From positions 48,031-112,030 of the forward strand of contig CACYMJ010000002.1 of the NCBI GenBank assembly GCA_902775485.1: a stretch of 64,000 nucleotides of DNA. Reading direction: 5' to 3'. The number at the start of each line of letters is the position of its first letter. The first letter of the stretch is position 1. Of this stretch, positions 39,076 through 49,056 are shown one piece after another. The notes beneath the pieces are model-generated. The model did not search any database, was not told the DNA's origin, and was given only the letters and a program-made list of their open reading frames with translations. A program made the position numbers and the translations under genes. Source of the DNA: an uncultured Lachnospiraceae bacterium. GTDB taxonomy: Bacteria > Bacillota > Clostridia > Lachnospirales > Lachnospiraceae.

Positions 39076-42063
39076 ATGAAGAAAACCGTATCATTGATAC
39101 TGGCCATCGTCATGACAATGGCAATATGCGTGACAAACATCGCAGCCGTTGTACAGGTTGTCCAGGCCGATGAGGCATACCGGGCACCAAGGATGGTCGC
39201 TGACGAAACAGATCCCGATGAGGATCAACCAACGGAAGATCCCGCGCAGGATCCCGATCCGGATCCTACGGAAGCTCCGGCTCCGGACCCTACCCAGAGT
39301 CCTGATCCTACTCAGCCCCCTGTAGATCCTGCCTGGGAAGAACAGCAGAGACAGCAGCAGGAAGCTTACGAGAAGGCTGCCAAGGAAGCTGAAGAAGCCG
39401 CCCAAAAAGCTGCTGAAGAGGCTGCCGCTCAGGAAGCTCAGAAAAAGGCTGCTGAAGAGGCTGCCGCTGCGCAGAAAGCTGCCGAAGAGGCTGCCAAGGC
39501 CGCTGAGGAGGCCAAAAAAGCCGCTGATCAGAATTATTCACTTATGGCAACCGTTAACGGCGGAACTGCAATAACAAAAATACCTTTCGGTTCCGCTTCT
39601 GTCGGAGAGCAGAGAGACTATGTCCCCCTTACTATAACCAATATGGGACAGAATGCGGTTGACCTTATCTACTGTATCTCCGGTGATGCCGATGGTGCAT
39701 TTTCGATGTCACTTCACGGTGACCAGACCCACCTCGATCCCGGCCAGTCAACGCGCTTTAACATATCGATGAGCAGTTCACTCGGGGTCGGCAAATATAA
39801 TGCCACACTTCTGTTCGCGGACAAAAACAGGGATCCCAGATATGCAAAGGGACTCGCTGTCGGCGTAAGCGGCCAGGTAACAGATCCCACACCGGTTGTT
39901 GTCGATGTTGACGTTGTTCCTGCCAAGGTCAGCCTTGCAGTAGGCGGTTCGGCACAGTTCAAAGCCAACGTATCAAGCAATGTCGACATGATCTATACCA
40001 TAAAATGGGCAGTAGCAGGAAACAGATCCACCGGTACGACGATCAGTAATGACGGTCTGCTCAGTGTCGCAAGCGACGAGTCATCTCCGGGTCTTTCGGT
40101 TATAGCTACAACAGTTGAGGACCCTTCGGCAAGAGGAACGGCTAACGTCAGTCTTCAGCGCGGAAGTTATAATGTCAACGCATATGCCGATCCTTCAAAC
40201 GGCGGTGTCGTTACCGGCGGCGGTGCGGTATCCGAAGGCGGAAGCGTTACTCTTTCGGCTGTTCCCAACCGGAACTTCTATTTTGCCGGATGGGTGATCG
40301 ACGGTAAGACCGTTTCAACCGCAACAAACTATACTATCTCCAATGTAAGGAGCAACATCAATGTCTATGCCAAATTCGGACAGAATACCGTAAGGATCAA
40401 GGCAGAGGCCAATAACGACAACGGAGGTAACGTTGTCGGCGGAGGAACATTCCCTTACGGATCGAGCACTACCCTTTCAGCCAAAGCATACAGCGGATAT
40501 GCGTTCATGGGTTGGAAGGAGAACGGAAGTATTATCAGTAAGGATGCTTCTATAAAGCTTGAGAACATGACTGTTGACCGAAAGATCACTGCCATATTCG
40601 AACAGACATCACATACACTCACGCTTGCCGCGTATCCTCCCGAGGGCGGTACCGTAAGCGGCGGCGGAAGATTCGATCTTAATACGGGAACGACAATCAA
40701 GGCTACTCCCAATGTAGGATGGCGCTTTGACGGCTGGCAGGTCAACAACCAGTATGTAAGCCGCAGTGCCGAGTACAAGATCGACAAAGTTAATCAGGAC
40801 TATACGTGTACGGCAATATTTGTCAGGAACACCGGCGTGACATTTGAGATATCCTCCGGTGTAGCCACAACAGGCGGTTCCATCGCACCTGCCGGAAGGA
40901 TGAACATACTGGCAGGCCAGAACATAACATACACGATCACTCCGAAGTCCGGATATGCGATCCTTGCAGTTGCAGTCGACGGTGTACAGGTAGGCCCCGT
41001 CAGCCAGTATACGTTTACAAACGTTCAGGGACCTCATGCAATAGCAGCCGCATTCGTACAGACAGATGCAGGCAAGGCAGCTGCGGAAGCTTCCGGAAAA
41101 ACACCTCAGTCCAAGAAGGTTGAGCCCATACCGAAGACTAACGAGAATACAGCCAAGGAAGACTCCACAGTGGATATTGATGAAGCTGCAAAGGGAGAAG
41201 GCGGTGACAACTTTGTTGAAGAAATGGATCTGTCCGATGTTAAGATCCCTACTGACGAGGAACTCGGTATAACGATCGAACATGACGATGATACAGATAC
41301 TGATGTTACAAGAATGCTCGGCAAGTCCATGTCCGAGGTCAACACGATGATCTCAAGCGGCGATACGATGCCTATACTTGATGCGGCATTCTATACGGGA
41401 CATCTCGGAGCATACGTTGTCAATTCAATGGAACCTTCAACAATGGTAAGCTTTGACTACAACAAGCTCTCAAGAGAAGAACTGATGATGGCTTCCGATG
41501 ATAACATCAACCCGTCTCTTCCCGACCTTGATATCGTGGTCCAGAAGATGCTCACAACTGACGATGTTGCCAAGCTGGCAAAGGGTGAATACGTTGACAT
41601 AGCCGTAAGCCTTACCGGCGAAGCAACGGATGATGTCGATCCGGCTTCGATAAAGATCATGAAAAATGCGGTAGGCAAGAAGCCCGTCAAGTACTTTGAT
41701 CTTACAATGCTCAAGACCGTTGACGGAAGCACCCAGAAGGTTACGGAACTTCCGACATCAATGGAAGTTGTTATCGAGATACCGGACGATGTATACGAGG
41801 CAGGCAAGACATACTCGGTACTTCGTGTTCATAACGGAGAGCTCTCGATCCTTCCCGACCTTGATGACAATCCGAAGACGATCACATTCAGGACTGACAG
41901 ATTCAGCTCATATGCGATCGCCAAGGAAGTGGCAACGACAAACAGCGTTATTGCCTGGCTTGCGGGCGGTGCCATCGTAGCATTCGGTGTTGCTCTTACA
42001 TGCCTGATCATACTGATATCTCATCAGCGCAGGATGCGCAGAGCCAGAAGGACGACCAAGTAA
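39076..42063 (+). CDS. large cell-surface protein: signal peptide, P-rich and A/E-rich regions, Big_2-like domain, 4 InlB-B-type repeats, C-terminal TM anchor
   Basis: Repeats of the form …GG.V.GGG.…G..V.L.A.P..G..F.GW… at about 40160-41060. C-terminus WLAGGAIVAFGVALTCLIILI + RRMRRARR. Confidence 0.8.
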   Translation: MKKTVSLILAIVMTMAICVTNIAAVVQVVQADEAYRAPRMVADETDPDEDQPTEDPAQDPDPDPTEAPAPDPTQSPDPTQPPVDPAWEEQQRQQQEAYEKAAKEAEEAAQKAAEEAAAQEAQKKAAEEAAAAQKAAEEAAKAAEEAKKAADQNYSLMATVNGGTAITKIPFGSASVGEQRDYVPLTITNMGQNAVDLIYCISGDADGAFSMSLHGDQTHLDPGQSTRFNISMSSSLGVGKYNATLLFADKNRDPRYAKGLAVGVSGQVTDPTPVVVDVDVVPAKVSLAVGGSAQFKANVSSNVDMIYTIKWAVAGNRSTGTTISNDGLLSVASDESSPGLSVIATTVEDPSARGTANVSLQRGSYNVNAYADPSNGGVVTGGGAVSEGGSVTLSAVPNRNFYFAGWVIDGKTVSTATNYTISNVRSNINVYAKFGQNTVRIKAEANNDNGGNVVGGGTFPYGSSTTLSAKAYSGYAFMGWKENGSIISKDASIKLENMTVDRKITAIFEQTSHTLTLAAYPPEGGTVSGGGRFDLNTGTTIKATPNVGWRFDGWQVNNQYVSRSAEYKIDKVNQDYTCTAIFVRNTGVTFEISSGVATTGGSIAPAGRMNILAGQNITYTITPKSGYAILAVAVDGVQVGPVSQYTFTNVQGPHAIAAAFVQTDAGKAAAEASGKTPQSKKVEPIPKTNENTAKEDSTVDIDEAAKGEGGDNFVEEMDLSDVKIPTDEELGITIEHDDDTDTDVTRMLGKSMSEVNTMISSGDTMPILDAAFYTGHLGAYVVNSMEPSTMVSFDYNKLSREELMMASDDNINPSLPDLDIVVQKMLTTDDVAKLAKGEYVDIAVSLTGEATDDVDPASIKIMKNAVGKKPVKYFDLTMLKTVDGSTQKVTELPTSMEVVIEIPDDVYEAGKTYSVLRVHNGELSILPDLDDNPKTITFRTDRFSSYAIAKEVATTNSVIAWLAGGAIVAFGVALTCLIILISHQRRMRRARRTTK

Positions 42064-43295
42064 TGAGTAAAACTTTTTGGGAAACCATATTTGACAAAGA
42101 CCGGGTAAATACCGGCAGGCAGACGGAGTTGGACCTGCTCAAGGCCTTCTCGATAATAATGATGATCATCACTCATTGTATCGATGATCTCTATGCAGGC
42201 TATGCAGACCATCTTCCGTTTTTGATAATAGACGATGTACTCGCTCAGTCGATCGGAGCCGCAGGCTTCATGATCTGCATGGGCACAGGCATAGCCTACA
42301 ATAAAAATACCTCTCCGGACTCTTATGTCCGGAGGGGTATTAGTCTTTTAATGACCGGGCAGCTGCTTAACATCTTTCGTTATGCTATCCCCGGCGCTAT
42401 AGCTTTTCTTCTGTCCGGCGAAGAGCCTGCCAGAGATTTTTGCATGCTCACACTCTCAAGCGATATCCTGCAGTTTGCAGGACTGTTCTTTTTGTGTATG
42501 GGACTGTTTGCAAAGCTTAGGCTTAAAGGGTGGCATATTTTTGTTATTTCCGTTATCGCAAACATTGTCGCAACACCTCTTGTACTGAAGATCCATACCG
42601 GATACTACGCCATCGACCAGCTGATCGGATTTGTTGTATTTACCGAGTCGGAAAGCTATTTTCCTCTGCTTCACTGGATGATATATCCGGCGTTCGGTAT
42701 AATTCTCGGCGAAATACTTCAGCATGTAAAGGATAAACGGAAGTTTTACGGTATATTCCTGGTACCCACGGCAGTTATATGGGGACTGTATTATTATTTC
42801 GGCATTTTCACGGAACAGAACACACTCAAATTCTATAACGAGTATCAGTCCATGGCCTACGTAAATCAGGCCGACGGACTGCTGCAGCTTATCTGCAACT
42901 TCTCCATGATATGCATGTTCTATTTTCTGACGCCGCTGCTTAATGATAAGGCATTGTCCGTCGTAAGTTTTATTTCCAAAAACATAAACAGATACTACTG
43001 CGTACATTCGGTCCTGATATATTATATGATGTTCATTCTCGGACTGGTGTTTTACGATCATCCGGTCAATACCGCCGGCTGTTACATCCTTTGTGTCGTC
43101 ACGATAACAATAACTTCAATCATAGTATGGCTGTACGACAAAAAACTGTGTAAGCCCATGCACGCGTTCTTTTCCAAAAACACCGGTTTCTGGTATGCTC
43201 TTATCATTGTCATAACCGTTTTGGCATGCCTGTTCGCCTCAATGGGGCCGAACAATTACCCACACCTGTTAAACGAATACAACGATTGGATCTGA
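42063..43295 (+). CDS. integral-membrane acyltransferase-family (DUF1624 / acyltransferase_3-like) protein
   Basis: The ATG shares one base with the upstream TAA. RQTELDLLKAFSIIMMIITH N-terminal motif; about 10 TM helices. Confidence 0.5.
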   Translation: MSKTFWETIFDKDRVNTGRQTELDLLKAFSIIMMIITHCIDDLYAGYADHLPFLIIDDVLAQSIGAAGFMICMGTGIAYNKNTSPDSYVRRGISLLMTGQLLNIFRYAIPGAIAFLLSGEEPARDFCMLTLSSDILQFAGLFFLCMGLFAKLRLKGWHIFVISVIANIVATPLVLKIHTGYYAIDQLIGFVVFTESESYFPLLHWMIYPAFGIILGEILQHVKDKRKFYGIFLVPTAVIWGLYYYFGIFTEQNTLKFYNEYQSMAYVNQADGLLQLICNFSMICMFYFLTPLLNDKALSVVSFISKNINRYYCVHSVLIYYMMFILGLVFYDHPVNTAGCYILCVVTITITSIIVWLYDKKLCKPMHAFFSKNTGFWYALIIVITVLACLFASMGPNNYPHLLNEYNDWI

Positions 43296-43299
43296 CATT

Positions 43300-44865
43300 A
43301 TGGATTACACAAATCTTTCATTCAGGGAGTTTCTCGCCAGCAAAACAGACAGCAACCCCGACAGGGTCATTCTTGTCGATGACGCTCAGCCGTATACATG
43401 GTCTGACATAGACAGGGGCTCATCTGCCATTGCCTCGGACCTTGCCCGCATGGGAGTATCAAAACGCTCCCGTGTTGGTTTTGCCATGACAAACGGCATA
43501 GGATTCGTGATGGGATTTTTTGCCGTCCAGAAGCTCGGGGCGATCGTTCTTCTGATCAATCCTTCCCAGCTCGCCGAAGATATCGGAGCCACTGCGCTTG
43601 TCGGCGATGCGACTCACATGATATACGGTGATCTTCCCGGAATGAAAAGCGATCCGGATTTTGCCGGAAAGCTCATCACATCAGCTCATCTGACACCGGA
43701 TAAAACGCTTCATTGTCATTTTGATGATCCCCGCAACTTCATAGCAGGATGCAGCGTCTCCGAACCGTTTGCAGACGTCAGCGTCGAAGCGGATGATGTT
43801 GCGGTTATGATCTTCACATCCGGCTCCACCGGAAAACCGAAGGGTGTTATGCATTCGGCATATAATGTCCTAAATGCAGCCACGCTCAACAGCGCCGATC
43901 AGACACTTAATGATTCCGACAGAACATGCCTTATCCTTCCGCTGTTTCACATATTCGGACTTGTCGCGGGATTGTTCGCAAACGCCGTGGCAGACTCAAC
44001 ACTGTATATTCCGAAAAACATACACGCCCTGACTGTAATGGAAACGATCGACCGGTATAAATGCACGATATTTCACTCGGTACCGACAATGCTGCTGGCC
44101 ATCGTAAACAACCCGGATTTCAAGCCCGGGCGGGTAAGCTCCGTTCGATGTACGATCATTTCCGGAGCTGCAGCCACACAGTCCCAGATAGAACTGTTCA
44201 AAAAGATGATGCCGAATAACAGGTTTTTATCATCTTACGGTCTCAGCGAAATGGCTCCCGTTTCCATATCCTCATACAATGCAGACGATGATGTTGTCCT
44301 TCACACCGTAGGACATCTCGTAAAAGGAGTCGATGTCAGGTTCATCGATCCCGCCACAGGGGATGACCGTCCCGAAGGGATCGAGGGCGAGATCATAGTA
44401 AAGAGCACCATCCTTATGACGGGATACTACAAGCTGTCCGCTGATGATCAGGCTATTGACGAGAACGGCTGGATACATACCGGTGATCTCGGATACATTC
44501 GCGATGACGGTAATCTTGTGCTCTCAGGAAGGCTTAAGGAGCTCATCATCAGGGGCGGTGAGAACATCATGCCCGTACAGGTCGAAAGCGCCATATCGGA
44601 ATTTGATATAATAGAAAATGTAAGAGTCTACGGCGTTCCAAGCGAATACTACGGTGAAGAGGTTGCCGCCTGTATAGTACTGAAGACGGATATAAAATAC
44701 AATGAGGATGAGTTCCGGTCGGCACTTTCACAAAAACTTGCAAAGTTCAGGATGCCGACATATATTGAAGTATATGAAAGTTTTCCGGTACTTGGTACCG
44801 GCAAGATCGACAACGTCAGATTAAAGGAAGATCTTCTGGGAAGACTTGGTCTGAACAAGCAGTGA
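43300..44865 (+). CDS. AMP-binding enzyme (acyl-CoA synthetase family)
   Basis: IFTSGSTGKPKGV, YGLSE, TGDLGY, GKIDN. Confidence 0.9.
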   Translation: MDYTNLSFREFLASKTDSNPDRVILVDDAQPYTWSDIDRGSSAIASDLARMGVSKRSRVGFAMTNGIGFVMGFFAVQKLGAIVLLINPSQLAEDIGATALVGDATHMIYGDLPGMKSDPDFAGKLITSAHLTPDKTLHCHFDDPRNFIAGCSVSEPFADVSVEADDVAVMIFTSGSTGKPKGVMHSAYNVLNAATLNSADQTLNDSDRTCLILPLFHIFGLVAGLFANAVADSTLYIPKNIHALTVMETIDRYKCTIFHSVPTMLLAIVNNPDFKPGRVSSVRCTIISGAAATQSQIELFKKMMPNNRFLSSYGLSEMAPVSISSYNADDDVVLHTVGHLVKGVDVRFIDPATGDDRPEGIEGEIIVKSTILMTGYYKLSADDQAIDENGWIHTGDLGYIRDDGNLVLSGRLKELIIRGGENIMPVQVESAISEFDIIENVRVYGVPSEYYGEEVAACIVLKTDIKYNEDEFRSALSQKLAKFRMPTYIEVYESFPVLGTGKIDNVRLKEDLLGRLGLNKQ

Positions 44866-44878
44866 AAGGAGTTTGAAT

Positions 44879-45403
44879 ATGGCTCTGAGTTACAAAGATA
44901 TCGATGTCAGGAAGTTCTATGAATCCATAGTTGATTTTGAAGGCAATGAGGATGCCCAGGATTTCTACTTTTCGATCATGGATACCCCCACGGGAAGAAA
45001 GAACAAAAACGGATCCGAAGAAACTGTCAGGGACAGGATACTTAAGGCATATGCAATGCTCTTTTGCGAGGATTCGCATCTTGAATCCGGTGAGCCGGCC
45101 GGTGTTGATGATGTCGCAGATACCGCTGACAGGCTGTATATCGGCGGTGCCGCTTACGATCCCGAACACTGGTATCGCATGAAATATCATTTCCCGGTAA
45201 TAGATGACGATAATTACGACAGATTTGCCGCTCTCGTGCTGTCCGATATGAACTCCGGACCTCTTCACGAAGCAGCCGTAAATGACGGCGAAACACTTGT
45301 TGTCGGCGAAGCAGATCCGCTTGGCATGACAATGCAGCAGAGGCAGTCGCAAAAGCTTCACTCTGTTTCTCTGCCCGACTCCGCGACGGGAGGTGACCTA
45401 TGA
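44879..45403 (+). CDS. hypothetical acidic protein
   Basis: The ATG at 44879 has an aaggag RBS. The stop overlaps the start of the response regulator (ATGA). Confidence 0.5.
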   Translation: MALSYKDIDVRKFYESIVDFEGNEDAQDFYFSIMDTPTGRKNKNGSEETVRDRILKAYAMLFCEDSHLESGEPAGVDDVADTADRLYIGGAAYDPEHWYRMKYHFPVIDDDNYDRFAALVLSDMNSGPLHEAAVNDGETLVVGEADPLGMTMQQRQSQKLHSVSLPDSATGGDL

Positions 45404-46221
45404 ACATACTGGCTGTTGACGATGACAAGGTTTTTCTCGAGAAGATCAAGGCTAATCTTTCAAACACCAAAGGAAGTGAATGCTTCTTTTTTGACAGTTC
45501 ACTCGCTGCTCTTGCAAAAGCCCGTGAGATCACGGTCGACGTTGCGATCCTTGATATAAAGATGCCCGAACTGTCGGGTATCGATCTGGGCAGATACCTT
45601 ACGGAACTCAATCCGTATGTCAACCTGATATATCTTACACAGCACACCGAATATGCTTTTGATGCGCTTAAACTCCATGCCAGCGGCTACATCAAAAAGC
45701 CCGGCAAAAAGGACGAGCTTAAAAATGAGCTGGAAAATCTCAGATATCCCGAGAGCCGTAAGAAATACAAGCGTGTATTCGCACAGACATTCGGCGATTT
45801 TGAACTGTTTGTGGACGGAACACCGGTAGAGTTTAAATATAAGAGATCAAAGGAAGTCATCGCCCTTCTTATCAATAACAAGGGGGCACAGACCACAAAC
45901 GGCGAGATCGTTGCAAACCTTTGGGAGGACGAGGGCGACCCGGACAAAAAGTTCTCCTATCTTCGCAACCTGCGTCAGGATATACATAACACTTTCACAA
46001 ACCTTAAGATCGATGACATCATAGTCAAACAGCGCGGCAGTATTTCCATAGTCAAAGACCGCATCGAATGCGATCTGTATGACTGGCTTGAGAACAAAAA
46101 CGACAGCAAATACAAATATCTAGGGGACTACATGAATCAGTACAGCTGGTCGGAATTCATGCATGCAGAGCTCGATGAGATAAGCTATGACATGTGGGAC
46201 GAAGAGGATGAGGATCAGTAA
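45400..46221 (+). CDS. response regulator with an OmpR/SARP-type winged-helix output domain
   Basis: NILAVDDD…VAILDIKMP receiver; FGDFELFVDGTPVEFKYKRSKEVIALL winged helix. Confidence 0.8.
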   Translation: MNILAVDDDKVFLEKIKANLSNTKGSECFFFDSSLAALAKAREITVDVAILDIKMPELSGIDLGRYLTELNPYVNLIYLTQHTEYAFDALKLHASGYIKKPGKKDELKNELENLRYPESRKKYKRVFAQTFGDFELFVDGTPVEFKYKRSKEVIALLINNKGAQTTNGEIVANLWEDEGDPDKKFSYLRNLRQDIHNTFTNLKIDDIIVKQRGSISIVKDRIECDLYDWLENKNDSKYKYLGDYMNQYSWSEFMHAELDEISYDMWDEEDEDQ

Positions 46222-46290
46222 AATCTGCAGGTATTGATGAACACTCTTTTTAAAGTGTATAATTGTTAAAAAGATTTCGGAGGATAGGAA

Positions 46291-46926
46291 ATGGAAAAAA
46301 CAAGTGAGATATATATAAGCAACAGGGAAGAAAACTATGCGGAAGCACTTAAAAAAGCGGATGAATTCATCTCGGCACAAAACGTTGACCGTAAAACTTC
46401 CATCCGTCTGCGTCTTATAGTTGAAGAGACGATAGGAATGGTTCGCGCCATGGCAGGAGTTTTTAATGCAAAATTTTGGCTTGAAAGGGATGATAACGAA
46501 TTCAGGCTCTGCCTCACCGGCAAGACGGATATGGACAAGATGAAAAAGGACGATCTTCTCTCGATATCTTCAACCGGCAAAAACGCTGCTGCCAAAGGTT
46601 TTATGGGCAAGATCAGTGAGATAATAGAAAACGGACTGCTGAATTTTGACGATGTCATGAAACTTCAGCAGGAATATGTAGGCGGACAGGTCAACTATGC
46701 AATGATCGGATTCGGAATGCCCGAGGAGCTCCCGATGATGGGCGATGCACTTACCTGGTCTCTCGGAAACTACAAACAGGGACTGTCAGGAGCTACCGCA
46801 CAGGAAGGCGGCATCGGTGAAGCCTGGGATGAACTCGAAAAATCAATTGTCGCCAGCATCGCAAAAGATGTTAAGGTCGGCATCAAGAAAGACCGCGTGG
46901 ATATGACGATCCTGATGGATATATAG
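46291..46926 (+). CDS. hypothetical protein
   Basis: 211-aa ORF with a ggaggatagg RBS. No motif recognised with confidence. Confidence 0.5.
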   Translation: MEKTSEIYISNREENYAEALKKADEFISAQNVDRKTSIRLRLIVEETIGMVRAMAGVFNAKFWLERDDNEFRLCLTGKTDMDKMKKDDLLSISSTGKNAAAKGFMGKISEIIENGLLNFDDVMKLQQEYVGGQVNYAMIGFGMPEELPMMGDALTWSLGNYKQGLSGATAQEGGIGEAWDELEKSIVASIAKDVKVGIKKDRVDMTILMDI

Positions 46927-46956
46927 CAGCACACGATCCGCTTTGATCCATAGAAA

Positions 46957-46983
46957 AATGCCGGAGAGTTCTCCGGCATTTTA
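46957..46983 (+). terminator. intrinsic terminator
   Basis: aatgccggag-agtt-ctccggcatt followed by tt. Confidence 0.7.
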
Positions 46984-47033
46984 TATTGCATAAAAAAGCC
47001 CGAAACGTCCTAAAACAGGGCATTTCAGGCTTA

Positions 47034-47107
47034 CGTGTGTGAAAGGATTCGAACCCTCGACCTTCTGGTCCGTAGCCAGACGCTCTATCCAGCTGAGCTA
47101 CACACAC
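47034..47107 (-). tRNA. tRNA-Arg (anticodon ACG)
   Basis: Hand-folded: GTGTGTG-TA-GCTC-AGCTGGATA-GAGC-G-TCTGG-CTACGGA-CCAGA-AGGTC-GAGGG-TTCGAAT-CCTTT-CACACAC-G. 74 nt. Confidence 0.9.
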
Positions 47108-47154
47108 TTATTGTCGATGCGACCCACCTATATTATCACAGCACCCCGGGTTCG

Positions 47155-48063
47155 TCAACCTTCAAACAGACCCTCATTTCTCTCTTCTATAGCCTTGATG
47201 GCGTGATAAGTATACTCAATATACGGTACGCTGATCCCCTTCTCCTGCGCCATCTTAAGAAGGTATCCGCACAGGCTGTCAACCTCCGTCCTGCGGCCGG
47301 CATCGATATCCTGAAGCGTGGAATATCTTGAGGAATCCGCACATGCATATATTCCGACTTCTTCCGGAAGGTTGACGCTTCGCAGTTTTGCAAGCGTTCT
47401 TACCTCAGCCCACAGCTTTTTTGCCAAAAACAGGCCATGCTCGCTTCTGGTATAAAGCGCCGCCGGTACGCCTATTATCGCCTGCGGAAGATTGTTGCAG
47501 ATATTCTTGGCATACTTTGTCCATATATCAAACATGATATCATCACTCTTTACGGCATTTATCCCCGTACCGTCAAATGCTTCGGCAACAACAGGCAGCA
47601 GACGGTCATTTTCGGGAAAAGCCGATCCGTAAAATATCGTGGTGTTATAACTTGTGTCGATCACGATCTCCTTGTCCGTACGCCTTGATGCGATCATGAT
47701 TATCGAATGGAGAACATGTTCTATTCCGACAGCTTCTGCTATGAGTTCTTCCGAATCCGCTCCGTTGAGCATGGAAATGACAGCTGTATCCCTGCCGATA
47801 AGCGGTCTGAGCATATCCAGTGATCCGGCAAGCGTATTGCCCTTTACGGCAACAACAACCAGATCCTGAACACCCGCATCCTCCGGTTTTTTTATTTCCG
47901 GATGATAAACCTTTCCGTTTATCCTGATACCGTCACGATTCAGTCTGTCAAGCCTTTCTCCGTCAGCTATGACGGCAAACTCTTTATCCGCAGGTTTTGT
48001 ATCTTCATATCCTTTGATAAAATATGCGCCGACTGCTCCGGCGCCAAGCAATGCGATCTTCAT
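47155..48063 (-). CDS. panE: 2-dehydropantoate 2-reductase (ketopantoate reductase)
   Basis: MKIALLGAGAVGAYF Rossmann N-terminus. C-terminal ApbA/PanE pattern (STLQDIDAGRRTEVD). Confidence 0.85.
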   Translation of the reverse strand: MKIALLGAGAVGAYFIKGYEDTKPADKEFAVIADGERLDRLNRDGIRINGKVYHPEIKKPEDAGVQDLVVVAVKGNTLAGSLDMLRPLIGRDTAVISMLNGADSEELIAEAVGIEHVLHSIIMIASRRTDKEIVIDTSYNTTIFYGSAFPENDRLLPVVAEAFDGTGINAVKSDDIMFDIWTKYAKNICNNLPQAIIGVPAALYTRSEHGLFLAKKLWAEVRTLAKLRSVNLPEEVGIYACADSSRYSTLQDIDAGRRTEVDSLCGYLLKMAQEKGISVPYIEYTYHAIKAIEERNEGLFEG

Positions 48064-48099
48064 AAAAACCTGCCCTTTCGCGGGCCCCTCCTGTCTGCA

Positions 48100-49053
48100 T
48101 TACATAAAATAAGCTACTTCATCTTCAGGCGCCGTCGTTTCCTTAACCTCTTTTGCGATCATGATCGGAGAAGGCTCATTGGTCTGACGGTTCATGATGC
48201 TTCGCACATTTGCAGTGATCTCCACCCATGAACCTTCCTTCACGGCTGCCTGATCCGCGTATTCACACGGAAATCCAACAAATGCTATATCCTCGGCGCA
48301 GCATGTCATGGCGGGACGTGCCACCACAAACACGCGGTCATTTTTTATGTCCTTCGGATGTGCCGCCTTTGCCTTGAAACGCACCGTTTTGTCGATGTAT
48401 TCCGCAAGATTTTCAAATATATCGATATAGAAAATACCGTAATCCTCATCTCCTATTTCGATTATATCGGCATCCATATCATACGGGAGCTCTTCGGGAA
48501 CGTTATCCTCAACCTTTCCTTCACTGGTCTCGTACAGTACCTGGGCACGGCGGTTAATGGCTCTTACCATGCGCTTGAACATAGCGCGGTCATATCCCTC
48601 GTCGCATCTGTTGAAAACAACAAGATCCGAGTACTTGTACTGGTTGGTCATCATCATCTTCATGTTGGACAGATACATCTCAAATGTGCCCGAATCTATG
48701 GGGGTTATGACCTCAGCGACCTCCCAGTGTGCCGGAAGTGCATCAAAAAGCTCGTCCACATCCCACATTCCGTTTGCTTCGATGATGACCCTGTCAGGGC
48801 GGACCTCCTTATCCATTGCCCTCAGCAGTTCTTCCGAAACATCGTCCTCATCTTCTATTTTACGTACGACAAATTTGTTGGAATCAAGGCGGATGATATC
48901 AATGGACTCCTCACCTTCCTCGCACACTATCATTAGCGTGGTCCGGCCGTCCTTGAACTGTCCCTCGTCCATTGTCTGTCTTATGAAGCTTGTTTTTCCG
49001 CCGTCCAGAAATCCCGTAAACAGGTAAACCGGTATAGGTCTTCTTCCAAGCAT
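48100..49053 (-). CDS. COG0523/CobW-like GTPase paralog lacking the CxCC motif
   Basis: VYLFTGFLDGGKTSFI degenerate P-loop. No CxCC motif. CobW_C-like C-terminus. Confidence 0.7.
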   Translation of the reverse strand: MLGRRPIPVYLFTGFLDGGKTSFIRQTMDEGQFKDGRTTLMIVCEEGEESIDIIRLDSNKFVVRKIEDEDDVSEELLRAMDKEVRPDRVIIEANGMWDVDELFDALPAHWEVAEVITPIDSGTFEMYLSNMKMMMTNQYKYSDLVVFNRCDEGYDRAMFKRMVRAINRRAQVLYETSEGKVEDNVPEELPYDMDADIIEIGDEDYGIFYIDIFENLAEYIDKTVRFKAKAAHPKDIKNDRVFVVARPAMTCCAEDIAFVGFPCEYADQAAVKEGSWVEITANVRSIMNRQTNEPSPIMIAKEVKETTAPEDEVAYFM

Positions 49054-49056
49054 GTT

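Noticed and set aside
39340-39535. Degenerate tandem DNA repeats (gctgctgaagaggctgcc…)
   Set aside because: They encode the in-frame A/E/K-rich coiled-coil segment of the surface protein. This is low-complexity coding sequence, not a separate element.
40609-41283. 224-aa antisense ORF within the surface protein gene
   Set aside because: Shadow ORF inside a repeat-domain gene.
46883-47331. ORFs of 74 aa and 98 aa spanning tRNA-Arg
   Set aside because: The classic tRNA-overprint peptide (…LDRASGYGPEGRGFES…); not coding.
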